Shown here: positions 1 to 9,245 of the stretch, piece by piece
How positions within the stretch are numbered: position 1 is the stretch's first letter
How the letters are laid out: each line of letters starts with the position of its first letter
NCBI GenBank assembly: GCA_965203905.1
Contig: CBDBDQ010000005.1
Span: forward strand, 5,984,001 to 6,048,000
Reading direction: 5' to 3'
Origin: Spirochaetia bacterium
Lineage (GTDB): Bacteria > Spirochaetota > Spirochaetia > SZUA-6 > Bin103
DNA length: 64,000 bases
Program-made: the position numbers and the translations under genes
The notes under the pieces: generated by a model
The model's database searches: none
Told to the model about the DNA's origin: nothing
The model's input: the letters and a program-made list of their open reading frames with translations, nothing else

Positions 1-2
1 TC

Positions 3-1097
3 GGCAACAAGTTCTTCGAACGCAACCCCTACTACTACCGCATCGACATCGCCGGCAATCAGCTTCCCTACATCGACCGCCAGGACCGGATCCTGTTCTC
101 CAACAAGGAGGCGATCAACCTGGCGGCGATCTCGGGGGAGCTGGACTACGCGCAGCAGGACCTGGTGACGGAGAGCTACCAGCTCTACAAGGAGAACGAG
201 GAGCGCGGGCAGTACCGGGTGAGCATGTGGTACGACGGGCGCGGTTCGGTGCTGGTGGATCACAAGATCAACATGAACCACGCCGACCCCGCCAAGCGCG
301 AGCTGTTCGGCGATTTGCGGTTCCGCCAGGCCCTGTCGCTGGCGATCAACCGCGACGAGATCAACGAGGCGGTGTTCCAGGGGCTGGCCACGCCACGCGC
401 CGCCACGGTGCGCTCCGACGTGAGCTTCTTCGACCCAGCCTGGGAGACTCACTTCACTGCGTACGACCCGGATCGGGCCCGGGCGCTGCTCGACGAGATG
501 GGACTGCCGATGGGCGATCAGTACCGCAGCTATCCCGACGGCTCGGATCTGCAACTCGTGATCGAGTACGTGGAGATGGAGGGGCCGCGCGGCGACGTCG
601 AGCAACTGGTGAAGGACTACTTCGAGGACGTCGGACTGCAGGTGCAGCTCAAGCAGATCGAGCAGAGCCTGTGGGGGCAGCGCTCGCGCGCCGGCGAGCT
701 GGACATCGCCGTCTGGAACCTCGACGGCACCAATGAAAGCGGCTACCACTCCAACCCGTTCGCCATTCAGCCCTACGCGCGGGCGTGGATGGCCTGGCTG
801 AACTCGGGTGGCGCAACCGGCGAGGAGCCGCCGGAGGCGCTCAAGGAGTGGTACGCGCTGTCGGCCGAGGTGCAGCAGTACCCGATGGGCTCCGAGGAGT
901 ACCAGGAGGCCGCGCGGCGTGCCAACCAGATCCTGCTCGACAACCTGTGGCACGTCGGCATCATCGGCAACATGCCCAAGCCCACGATCCTCAAGACCGC
1001 CCTGAAGAACACCCCGACCGAGCCGGGGGTGCGCATCTACCAAGGCTATCGCTTCTGGATGATCTACAACGGCGACCAGTGGTACTGGGACGAGTAG
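3..1097 (+). CDS. ABC transporter substrate-binding protein, family 5 (OppA/DppA-like), 5'-truncated by window edge
   Basis: Frame is open from base 3 (GNKFFERNPYYYRIDIAGNQLPYIDR); motifs FRQALSLAINRDEINE and YDPDRARALLDEMGL. Confidence 0.9.
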   Translation, partial: GNKFFERNPYYYRIDIAGNQLPYIDRQDRILFSNKEAINLAAISGELDYAQQDLVTESYQLYKENEERGQYRVSMWYDGRGSVLVDHKINMNHADPAKRELFGDLRFRQALSLAINRDEINEAVFQGLATPRAATVRSDVSFFDPAWETHFTAYDPDRARALLDEMGLPMGDQYRSYPDGSDLQLVIEYVEMEGPRGDVEQLVKDYFEDVGLQVQLKQIEQSLWGQRSRAGELDIAVWNLDGTNESGYHSNPFAIQPYARAWMAWLNSGGATGEEPPEALKEWYALSAEVQQYPMGSEEYQEAARRANQILLDNLWHVGIIGNMPKPTILKTALKNTPTEPGVRIYQGYRFWMIYNGDQWYWDE

Positions 1098-1134
1098 GCT
1101 GAGCCACTGACCGCGCGCGAGCGAGTACCGGCCG

Positions 1135-2685
1135 ATGAAGCGCCCCGACATTGTGCTGTTCATGCTCGACCAGCTTGCCGCCAGGTGGCTGGAGTCGCCC
1201 GGCGATTCCGTGGTGCCGACTCCCCACCTGGACCGGCTGCGGGCGCGTGGCGTGACCTTCACCCGCTGCATCGCCGGCAACCCGATCTGCATGCCGGCGC
1301 GCGCCACCATCGCCACCGGGCTGTCGGCGCGCGGGCATGGCGTGCTGACCAACGGCTACCGGCTCGACCCCGAGCTGCCGACCTTCATGAGCCTGCTGCA
1401 GGGGTCCGGCTACCGGACGGGCGTGGCGGGCAAGGTGCATTTCCGGCCCCACTTCGCCGGCCTGTATCCGGACTACACCCGCTACGGGTTCGACGTCGCC
1501 CACGTCACCGAGGACGCGCGCGGCGGCGAGTGGCTGGACTGGGTCGCGGAGCGGCACCCGCAGCACTTCGAAGCGGTGTTGGCCACGATCTGGCCGAGCC
1601 ATATCCCGGAATACTCCGCCTACGGGCCGCGGCGCGAGAACCTGAAGCGGCGGATCGAGGCGATCCGCGAGTCGTTTCAGTGGGCCACGCCGGAGCACCC
1701 GCTCAACTCGCCGCGCGCCTACACGCTGCCGTTTCCGGCCGCGGTATCGCAGACCGAGTGGATCACCGGCCACGGCGTCGACTTCCTGCGCGACACCGCG
1801 CCCGATACGCCGCTGCTGCTGCAGGTCAGCTACGTGCAGCCGCACGGCCCGTTCTGTCCGCCGGCTGCCACCATGGACCGGGTGGCTGCGGACCGCATAC
1901 CGCCGCCGGCACCGGTGGAATGGGTGGACGATCCGCTGGCGCCGGAGTGCTTCGCCACCAGCGAGGGCGCGCACCGCTCCATCCCGGACGACTGGCGCCG
2001 CACCCGCCACTACTACTTCGCCGACCTGGGCCACCTCGACGACCAGCTCGGCCGCGTGATGGCCGCCCTGGAGCGGCGCGGCCGGCTCGATGACACCTGC
2101 TTCATCCTGATGGCCGACCACGGCGAGCTGCTGCTCGACCACGGCTTCACCGGCAAGGGCGAGCGCCACTACGACGCCGCGATACGGGTGCCGCTTACCA
2201 TCGCCGGCCCCGGCCTGCAGCGCGGCGCAACGGTGGACCGCTTCGTCCAGCACGAGGATCTGTTCCCCACCATCCTGGAGCTGGCCGGCGTGGTGCCACC
2301 GGAGCCGCGCACGATGGGCCCCTACCTGCGCGAGACGCCCGCCACCCTGACCGGACGCTCGCTGCTGCCGCTGTGCCGCGGCGCGCAGCCCGCCGCTTGG
2401 CGCGACGCCGCCTACATCGAAAGCTACAACAACATCTCCACCGCCACCCCGCGCAACTGGGCGCGCTCGGTACGCACCGCCGACTGGCGCTACACCCACT
2501 ACCCCAACGGCACCGGCGAGCAGCTCTTCCACCTCGCCGAGGACCCCGACGAGCAGCGCAACCTGGCGGCCGACCCGGCGCACGCCGCGACCCGCACCGA
2601 GCTGCGCGACCGGCTGCTCGACCTGGTCATCCTGCAGGACTACCCGCACACCCACCGCGACCTGTTCGCCCTCGGCGTGCACTGA
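1135..2685 (+). CDS. Formylglycine-dependent sulfatase
   Basis: N-terminal RPDIVLFMLDQ; CxPxR motif (CMPARATIATG); GYRTGVAGKVHF; MADHGE; C-terminal LFHLAEDPDEQRNLA. Confidence 0.92.
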   Translation: MKRPDIVLFMLDQLAARWLESPGDSVVPTPHLDRLRARGVTFTRCIAGNPICMPARATIATGLSARGHGVLTNGYRLDPELPTFMSLLQGSGYRTGVAGKVHFRPHFAGLYPDYTRYGFDVAHVTEDARGGEWLDWVAERHPQHFEAVLATIWPSHIPEYSAYGPRRENLKRRIEAIRESFQWATPEHPLNSPRAYTLPFPAAVSQTEWITGHGVDFLRDTAPDTPLLLQVSYVQPHGPFCPPAATMDRVAADRIPPPAPVEWVDDPLAPECFATSEGAHRSIPDDWRRTRHYYFADLGHLDDQLGRVMAALERRGRLDDTCFILMADHGELLLDHGFTGKGERHYDAAIRVPLTIAGPGLQRGATVDRFVQHEDLFPTILELAGVVPPEPRTMGPYLRETPATLTGRSLLPLCRGAQPAAWRDAAYIESYNNISTATPRNWARSVRTADWRYTHYPNGTGEQLFHLAEDPDEQRNLAADPAHAATRTELRDRLLDLVILQDYPHTHRDLFALGVH

Positions 2686-2690
2686 TCCAG

Positions 2691-3698
2691 ATGCCACCCG
2701 AACCGCTTGCCGGCCAGGTCGCCGTGGTCGCCGGGGCCACCCGCGGCGCCGGCCGGGGTATCGCGCGCATGCTGGGGGCGGCGGGAGCAACCGTCTACTG
2801 CACCGGCCGCAGCGTGAAGGGCCATCCTGCCAGCGCGGGGCGACCCGAGACGATCGAGGAGACAGCGGCGATGGTCACGGCGGAGGGCGGCCGCGGCATC
2901 GCCGTGCGGACCGACCACACCGTGGAGTCGGAGGTGGAACGCCTGTTCCAGCGGGTCCGTGCCGAGCAGGGGCGGCTCGACGTACTGGTCAACGACATCT
3001 GGGGCGGCGACGCGCTCACCGAGTGGGGAGCGCCGTTCTGGGAGCTCGCCACGGCCAAGGGGCTGGAAATGCTGGAGCACGCCGTGCACAGCCACATTAT
3101 CACCAGCCGCCACGGCGCGCCGCTGATGGTCGAACGCAACGCCGGCCTCATCGTCGAGGTGACCGACGGCGACACCCTCGGGTACCGCGGTAACCTGTTC
3201 TACGACCTGGCGAAGAACGCGGTCATCCGGCTCGCCTACGCGATGGCGGCGGACCTGCACGCGCACCGCGTGACCGCGCTGGCGATCACACCCGGGTTTC
3301 TGCGTTCCGAGGCGGTGCTCGGCGGCTTCGGCGTCTCCGAGGCGAACTGGCGGGACGGCATCGCTGCGGACCCCTACTTCGCCGAGTCCGAGACGCCCTG
3401 CTACGTCGGCCGAGCCGTGGCGGCGCTCGCCGCCGACCCGCGCGTCGCGAACAAGAGCGGCGGCCTGTTCTCGAGCTGGGCGCTGGCGAAGGAGTACGGC
3501 TTCACCGACCTGGACGGCCGCCGGCCCGACTGGGCCACCTTCTACGCCCGCAAGGTGCAGGAGATCGTCAACCGGAGCACACCGCCGGACGAGATGGACC
3601 GGTTCGTGGTCCGCTCCCGGCTCCACCAGGCCGAACTCGACCCGTCAGCCGCCGCGGAGGCCACCCGCCTGCGCGCCTGGCTCGACCGGCAGTCCTGA
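2691..3698 (+). CDS. SDR family NAD(P)-dependent oxidoreductase
   Basis: ATG 5 nt after the sulfatase stop; VAVVAGATRGAGRGIA Rossmann motif; YxxxK (YDLAK). Confidence 0.9.
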   Translation: MPPEPLAGQVAVVAGATRGAGRGIARMLGAAGATVYCTGRSVKGHPASAGRPETIEETAAMVTAEGGRGIAVRTDHTVESEVERLFQRVRAEQGRLDVLVNDIWGGDALTEWGAPFWELATAKGLEMLEHAVHSHIITSRHGAPLMVERNAGLIVEVTDGDTLGYRGNLFYDLAKNAVIRLAYAMAADLHAHRVTALAITPGFLRSEAVLGGFGVSEANWRDGIAADPYFAESETPCYVGRAVAALAADPRVANKSGGLFSSWALAKEYGFTDLDGRRPDWATFYARKVQEIVNRSTPPDEMDRFVVRSRLHQAELDPSAAAEATRLRAWLDRQS

Positions 3699-3888
3699 TC
3701 CGGAGTTGTGCGCGTTACTGCCCCGCCGGGCGTGGTACTGCTGCCAAGTCGGCCGCGACGAATGGCGGCGTGGCCCTCACCGGACTCAGCACTATCCCAC
3801 GCTACGCGACAAGCCGGCTGCAAGTCGTTGCTCCCGTTGCATTCGGACCGACACTCGACCGCCCAACTCGCGCCCCGGCGAGCGCCGA

Positions 3889-5460
3889 TCACGTGGCCCC
3901 GTCTGGCGACGATCCGTCCTCCCGATGCCGGAAGCGGTGGTGAGCAGAACAACGAAGCCTGAGATTATCCGGCTCAGCACCGCCGCCGAGGGCGAAGGGA
4001 ACGATGTGGTCGAGCTCCAGCAGGAAGCGGGATCCGCAGCGCCGTCCGCTGTGCGGATCGACGTAACTGCAGCAGCCGCCGTCGCGGCGCCACACCTCGC
4101 GCCGCACCGGTGCCGGAATGTAGCGGGATCGGCGCGCCCGTTGGGGCGGCTGCGCGCTGCCTCCGGACGGGCCGGCTGCCGCCGGCTGCGGCCGCGAACG
4201 GCCCTCGCGCTGCGCCGCCCCTGCGCGCTTCGCTGGCGAAGGAGCGCTGCGACCACGATCCGCCGCTGCCCGCGCAGTCGGCAAGCTCCGGTCCGCCGGA
4301 GGCGTCGGTACGGAGGCGCGGGACCCGCAACCAGCCACCAACTTCGACGCCGAAGTAGTGGTGCCGGGCGCCGCCGCCGCTGGCTTGGCACGCACCGGGG
4401 TGCTGCCGTCGCAAGTCTCGCGCCCCGACGGCGGCGCGGGCAGCGCTGCCACCGCCGAGGTGCCGACGCCGCCAATCCCGCGCGCCGGTTCCGCTACGGA
4501 CAACGCTGCCGGCGTCGTGGTGCTGCCACCGGCGCTCGTGCCCTCCGGCGTCGGTGGCACTCCGGGTTGCTCTTGCGCGCCCCGCTTCGCCGGCGAAGTC
4601 GCCCCGCCCGCCGGCCCTTCCTGCGCCTGCGGCTCCGGCGCCTGGCCCGCGCTTGCCTCCCGGCGCCCACCCCCGCGCCCGCGCGGCGGTCGCCCCGGGT
4701 CGTAGCGCTGCAGGCCGTCCTGCACCAGCCGCTCCACCAGTTGCCCCAGCGTCAGGTGCGGGTCCACGTGCGACAGCAGTGCCCGTAGCTGCTCGATCCC
4801 GCACTGACACGCAGAGTCGATCACCACCTTCAGCTCCCAGTGGCCCTCGCCCAGCGCCCGCATGAGATCAGCAGGGCGCGCCAGCTCGGGAGCCACCCCG
4901 GCCAGCAACTGCTTCACCTCGCGGGTGCTCTTGCCGCTCGCCTGCGCCACCAGCTCCTGCCGCTGCGCCGCGTCCAGCGCCGGCACCGGTCGCGCCGGTG
5001 CCGCTGCCCCGGCCCCCGAAGCCCCAGGCCCCGGCGCCGTCCCCGTGCCGCCCGGCAGCAGCTCGGGTGCCGCGGGTGCCGCGCCGGGGTCCGCGGCGGT
5101 GGTCGCCGTGCGCTGCAGGAGATCGAAGGTGTTCTGCAACTGCGCCGCCGCGCTCAGGGAGAGCGAGCCGTCCTGCAGCCGCTCGCGTGTCCCGGCGGTC
5201 TCGGAGCACAGGCGCATGGCCTTTATCCGGCGCCAGGCGGCGCCTTCGCTGTAGCCCAGCTCGCGCACCGCGTAGTCGAACAGGCTGGAGAACCCGAGGC
5301 GCAGGTGAAGGTGGCGGGCGTAGATCTCGCGCAGGTGGTCGAGGACGGCGAGCTGCAGCGCCTGCTCGTGCAGGACGAGGGACCTGGTATGCACCAGCAG
5401 CACCTGGTCGGGGAGCCCGGAGAGCGAGGAGCAGAAGCCGGTAGCGGTCGCGGAAGCCAT
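3889..5460 (-). CDS. HNH endonuclease with helical N-terminal region and low-complexity linker
   Basis: C-terminal RYIPAPVRREVWRRDGGCC…RCGSRFLLELDHIVPFALGG…NLRLRCSAHH zinc-finger HNH motif; N-terminal LGFSSLFDYAVRELGYSEGAAWRRI. Confidence 0.85.
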   Translation of the reverse strand: MASATATGFCSSLSGLPDQVLLVHTRSLVLHEQALQLAVLDHLREIYARHLHLRLGFSSLFDYAVRELGYSEGAAWRRIKAMRLCSETAGTRERLQDGSLSLSAAAQLQNTFDLLQRTATTAADPGAAPAAPELLPGGTGTAPGPGASGAGAAAPARPVPALDAAQRQELVAQASGKSTREVKQLLAGVAPELARPADLMRALGEGHWELKVVIDSACQCGIEQLRALLSHVDPHLTLGQLVERLVQDGLQRYDPGRPPRGRGGGRREASAGQAPEPQAQEGPAGGATSPAKRGAQEQPGVPPTPEGTSAGGSTTTPAALSVAEPARGIGGVGTSAVAALPAPPSGRETCDGSTPVRAKPAAAAPGTTTSASKLVAGCGSRASVPTPPADRSLPTARAAADRGRSAPSPAKRAGAAQREGRSRPQPAAAGPSGGSAQPPQRARRSRYIPAPVRREVWRRDGGCCSYVDPHSGRRCGSRFLLELDHIVPFALGGGAEPDNLRLRCSAHHRFRHREDGSSPDGAT

Positions 5461-5987
5461 GGCGTAAATATAATCATGGCTGAGAAATGACCGGTTTCGG
5501 CGAGTCCCGGACCGGCCCCGGGACGGGCTCAGGCCGGCGCTTGTGGGGTGCTGACGGGCCTGGAGGGCGTGGCGGGATGTTCGAAGGGTCGGAGGGGCCG
5601 GAACGTGCGGCAGGAGGCCGTTATGAGCAGCGCCAAACCCGTCAAGTGCTCAGCGCACTTTTTTGGCATTTTTCTGCAGAATGGCGGCGCCGACCTGCAC
5701 CTGCCCCGCAACGCAGCGGCGGAGACCTGCGCGTTGCGGGTGGCGGCTCCCCTTCTTATTCTGGACACGTTGTACAGCGAACGAACCACACAACCAGAAG
5801 GCGGCGATCTGGCAGGCGCCGCGCCGGGGCCATCACCGCAGCTCGCCCACACACGGGATGCAGACGTCGTTCAGCATGGGATGGCCCTGCACAGGACTCC
5901 TGACTGCTTGATCACCGCGGCCAAGTCAGGGGACTCTTACGCTTGCCCTGCACAAGGGCGGCAGTTGAAGAGCAGAGCCAATGATCG

Positions 5988-6209
5988 ATGGCTGATACCG
6001 TCTACCTTGAATACCAAGAGATGATAGCAGAGGTTCGGGAGAGCCGCGTACGGATGTCCGAGAAGTGCGGCCATGACGTGGAGAGATTGCTTGACTATCT
6101 CCAAGCCTTCGAACTGAAGCATGCAAAGCAAGTCGAGCAATTCGCCAGCAGTGCAGCTCCCGTACGGCCGTCGTCGTCGCCGTCCGGCATCCAACGAGGG
6201 CGCCATTGA
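5988..6209 (+). CDS. Small hypothetical protein (possible antitoxin-like)
   Basis: 73-aa charged helical ORF (EMIAEVRESRVRMSEKCGHDVERLLDYLQ) with less GC-biased codons. Confidence 0.5.
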   Translation: MADTVYLEYQEMIAEVRESRVRMSEKCGHDVERLLDYLQAFELKHAKQVEQFASSAAPVRPSSSPSGIQRGRH

Positions 6210-6409
6210 CGCGTATCAAGGCTCCTGTCAGCGCCTACGGCGCGGGCGCGCGGAGCGGCTCTTCCGGTACCGAATTCGAGTGGCACAATCGCATAATCGC
6301 ATAGTCGCCGGTGCTGACACTTCCACTGCGGAGAGGGCAAGTGCGTTGGTCAGACTGTACCCGGTGCCCGCTCCGAGTCCAGGCGATCCGGCCTCTCGTC
6401 GTCGTAGCA

Positions 6410-6520
6410 CGCGTGACGGCGCCGGCGATCACGCCTGGGGTTCTGCGCTCCGAAGCGGTGCTCGATGCCTTCGGCGGCAGCGCAGCGAACTGGCGGGACG
6501 GTATCGTGGCGGCCCCCTGC
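6410..6520 (+). pseudogene. Degenerate duplicate of an internal part of the upstream SDR gene
   Basis: Reads RVTAPAITPGVLRSEAVLDAFGGSAANWRDGIVAAP versus RVTALAITPGFLRSEAVLGGFGVSEANWRDGIAADP at 3267-3377. Confidence 0.85.
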
Positions 6521-6697
6521 CAAGTGCGATGCCCCGGGCCGCACACAGGCGCGCCAAGCGGGGCTCGCTGGGGCTGGCCGACTGGCGAGCGAAAGCGCAA
6601 CGCAACGGTGGGGCGTTGGTATCGCGTGAAACGGTGCAACGGCGTCCCGCGAGTGCGGGCTACGTGCTGCTCCCGGGGCCGTCCCGCCTCCGTGCTC

Positions 6698-7279
6698 TCA
6701 GCTCAGCCAGGTGGTGCGTTCGGCGGCCGGCGTTCGCTTCGAGACGGGCACGCGCTCGGCGAAGCCGGCGTACAGCAGGCCGACGACCCGTTCCCGCTCC
6801 GGATCGACGCCCAGCACCGACAGCGCCTCGGCATCCTCGATCAAGCCGCTGGTGCTCCACTGCATGCCGATACCATCTTCCCAAGCAGCGAGCATGATGT
6901 TCTGGATGGCGCAGCAGGTGGCGGCGTAATCCTCTCGATCGAGAAAGGCATCGCCTGACACGGCGCAGGTCACCGCCATGATCGACGGTTTGCTCATCAG
7001 CTTCCTGACCGTCTTGCGGCCGATCTCGCGGAGCGCCTCCGGACCGATGTCGCCTTTCACGCCTTGCTGCTTGATGCGCGCGTAGACACGGCTGAGCCGG
7101 TCCTTGGCCTCCGGTCCCACCACGATGAAGCGCCACGGCTCGGTGAGCTTGTGGTTGGGGGCCCAGACGGCCGCCTGCAGCGCGCGCTCGAGCCGTTCGC
7201 GCGGCACGGCCGTAGGCTGGAAGTCGAATATCGAACGCCGTGCGGCGATGGTTTCCAGTACTGACATGTGAGTCGCCAT
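6698..7279 (-). CDS. Nitroreductase family protein (YdjA-like)
   Basis: IAARRSIFDF; AAVWAPNHKLTEPWRF; CAIQNIMLAAWEDGIGMQWST. Confidence 0.9.
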   Translation of the reverse strand: MATHMSVLETIAARRSIFDFQPTAVPRERLERALQAAVWAPNHKLTEPWRFIVVGPEAKDRLSRVYARIKQQGVKGDIGPEALREIGRKTVRKLMSKPSIMAVTCAVSGDAFLDREDYAATCCAIQNIMLAAWEDGIGMQWSTSGLIEDAEALSVLGVDPERERVVGLLYAGFAERVPVSKRTPAAERTTWLS

Positions 7280-7423
7280 CCTAAATCGTTGCCGATACCC
7301 GTCGCCGACGACCGAACGCCGGCCTCACGACGGGCAAGCGTGCATTGGCAACGATCTTAATACACGTTAAGCAAGTGGTCCATAGGAACCAATAGCACGA
7401 TCGGCATATGGTGATGTTGCGCC

Positions 7424-7720
7424 ATGAAGACTACCATCGATCTGCCGGATGCTCTCTACCGGAGAGCGAAGATCCGCGCGGCCGAACGCGGCACTACGCT
7501 GCGTGCATTGCTCACCGAGTCGCTGGAGGCTCACCTGCTCGAACCAACGCCGGACCCGGAACCCCCGCAACGCGACCGGTTCCGCACCGATGAGCGCGGC
7601 TGGCCGATACTGCAACGGTAAGCAGACGACAGCCGAGTGATCACCGATGACTTCATCAACAAGCTTCGGGAAGAGGAAGGCGTGTAACCCGCCGTGGCGT
7701 TTCTGCTCGATGTGAATAGG
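7424..7720 (+). pseudogene. VapBC-type TA remnant: RHH antitoxin with premature TAA plus the first codons of a PIN toxin
   Basis: MKTTIDLPDALYRRAKIRAAERGTTL; frame continues after TAA 7619-7621 (ADDSRVITDDFINKLREEEGV*); then GTG-AFLLDVN, a PIN-like start that breaks off. Confidence 0.7.
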
Positions 7721-7749
7721 CGGGTGTTCTCGTTGCTTGCCGGCAATAC

Positions 7750-7818
7750 GCATCGCTTCCGTATTTCGCCGCCTCGCGCTGGCGAAAACGACACCCACCA
7801 CACCTCACCACGGTTCAT
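7750..7818 (-). pseudogene. MazF/PemK toxin N-terminal remnant
   Basis: MNRGEVWWVSFSPARGGEIRKR, after which similarity is lost; start overlaps the antitoxin stop. Confidence 0.75.
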
Positions 7819-8054
7819 CTCCGCTCGTTGACGTCGGGCGTCACCTCGTCCAGCGTCGCGTCCGACCACTCCTTGGCGTCCCGCTCCCGCATCTCGTCGC
7901 GGGCCATTTCTTCGTACTCCGAGTCGAGGTTGGCGTCGAGCACGTGCGGGCGCACGATCTCTTCGATGAACCGGGCAATCTTCCCCGGCCCGATCTCGTG
8001 GTACAGGCCCTCGTAGACAGCTTCGTCGATCGTTATGGTGAGCTTGCGCTGCAT
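7815..8054 (-). CDS. Addiction-module antitoxin (partner of the truncated MazF)
   Basis: MQRKLTITIDEAVYEGL… with acidic tail EYEEMARDEMRERDAKEWSDA. Confidence 0.75.
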   Translation of the reverse strand: MQRKLTITIDEAVYEGLYHEIGPGKIARFIEEIVRPHVLDANLDSEYEEMARDEMRERDAKEWSDATLDEVTPDVNERR

Positions 8055-8138
8055 GGCGTACACGTATGTGGCACGTGCGGTGTCCGTTGTCCACCCGGTC
8101 ACGCCCGTGGTTCACCGAGACGCGCCCGTCCGCGACGG

Positions 8139-9245
8139 CTACTTGTAGGGGTCGGCGGCATCGCGCAGCCCGTCGCCGACGAAGTTGAAGGCGATCACCA
8201 CCGCCACCACGTACATGCCGGGGATCAGCAGCCACGGGTTGACCGCCACCGTGCGCACGTTCTGCGCCTCCTTGAGCAGCACGCCCCAGCTCAGCACCGG
8301 CGGCCGCAGGCCCAGCCCGAGGAAGCTCAGCGCGGTCTCGCCCAGGATCATGTTGGGGATGGAGATGGTCAGGCTGACGATCAGGTAGCTCACGAACGAA
8401 GGCAGCAGGTGGCGCACGATGATGGTCCCATTACGCACCCCCGCCAGTCGCGCCGCGGTGACGAAGTCCTCGCTGCGGGTGCTGATCACCTTGCCCCGCA
8501 CTACCCGCGCCAGGCCCGACCAGGCGACGATCGACAGGATCAGCGTGATGAAGAAGTAGACGCGCAGCGGGGTCCAGTGATGCGGCAACGAGGCGCTCAG
8601 CGCCATCCACAGCGGAATGGTCGGGATGGAGATCAGGAATTCGATCAGGCGTTGGATCAGCAGGTCGGCGGTGCCACCGAAGTACCCCGACACGCCTCCC
8701 AGGATGCAGCCCAGCACGAAGCTCATGGCGACGCCGATCAGCCCCACCGAGAGGGAGATGCGGCTAGCGTAGAGCAACCGCGAAAACAGGTCGCGCCCCA
8801 GCTTGTCGGTGCCGAACAGGAAAATCACCCCCGGCTGGTCCACCCCGAACAGGTGCCGGTCGGTCTCGAACAGGCCCCAGAAGCGGTAGCTGTGGCGGCG
8901 CGGGAACAGGCGCACCGGGTAACGGACGCTGCGGTCCTCGCTGTACAGCCGCCGCAGGCTGGTCATGTCGACGGTGCGGGTGATGCCGTAGACGAACGGC
9001 CGCAGATGCAGGCGGCCGTCGGCGTCGATGAAGTGCAGCCGCTGCGGTTGCGCGTAGAGGTACTCGGTGAAGCGCTCGTAGGGGTCGTGCGGCGAGAGAA
9101 ACTCGCAGAACAGGCCCATGCCGTAGAACAGCGCCAGCACCACCGAGCCGCCGATGGCCAGCCGGTGGCGCTTGAACTTGAGCCACATCAGCCGCCATTG
9201 GGTCGCCGACTCGTACTCGGGAGTAGCCCGCGACAGGATCCGCAT
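8139..9245 (-). CDS. Peptide/nickel ABC permease (DppC/OppC-like)
   Basis: WLKFKRHRLA; FGTDKLGRDLFSR; EAA loop EDFVTAARLAG; ETALSFLGLG; VGDGLRDAADP. Confidence 0.93.
   Translation of the reverse strand: MRILSRATPEYESATQWRLMWLKFKRHRLAIGGSVVLALFYGMGLFCEFLSPHDPYERFTEYLYAQPQRLHFIDADGRLHLRPFVYGITRTVDMTSLRRLYSEDRSVRYPVRLFPRRHSYRFWGLFETDRHLFGVDQPGVIFLFGTDKLGRDLFSRLLYASRISLSVGLIGVAMSFVLGCILGGVSGYFGGTADLLIQRLIEFLISIPTIPLWMALSASLPHHWTPLRVYFFITLILSIVAWSGLARVVRGKVISTRSEDFVTAARLAGVRNGTIIVRHLLPSFVSYLIVSLTISIPNMILGETALSFLGLGLRPPVLSWGVLLKEAQNVRTVAVNPWLLIPGMYVVAVVIAFNFVGDGLRDAADPYK

Noticed and set aside
3889-5460. IscB/Cas9-like RNA-guided nuclease
   Set aside because: No PLMP or split RuvC motifs; the HNH is C-terminal behind a low-complexity linker
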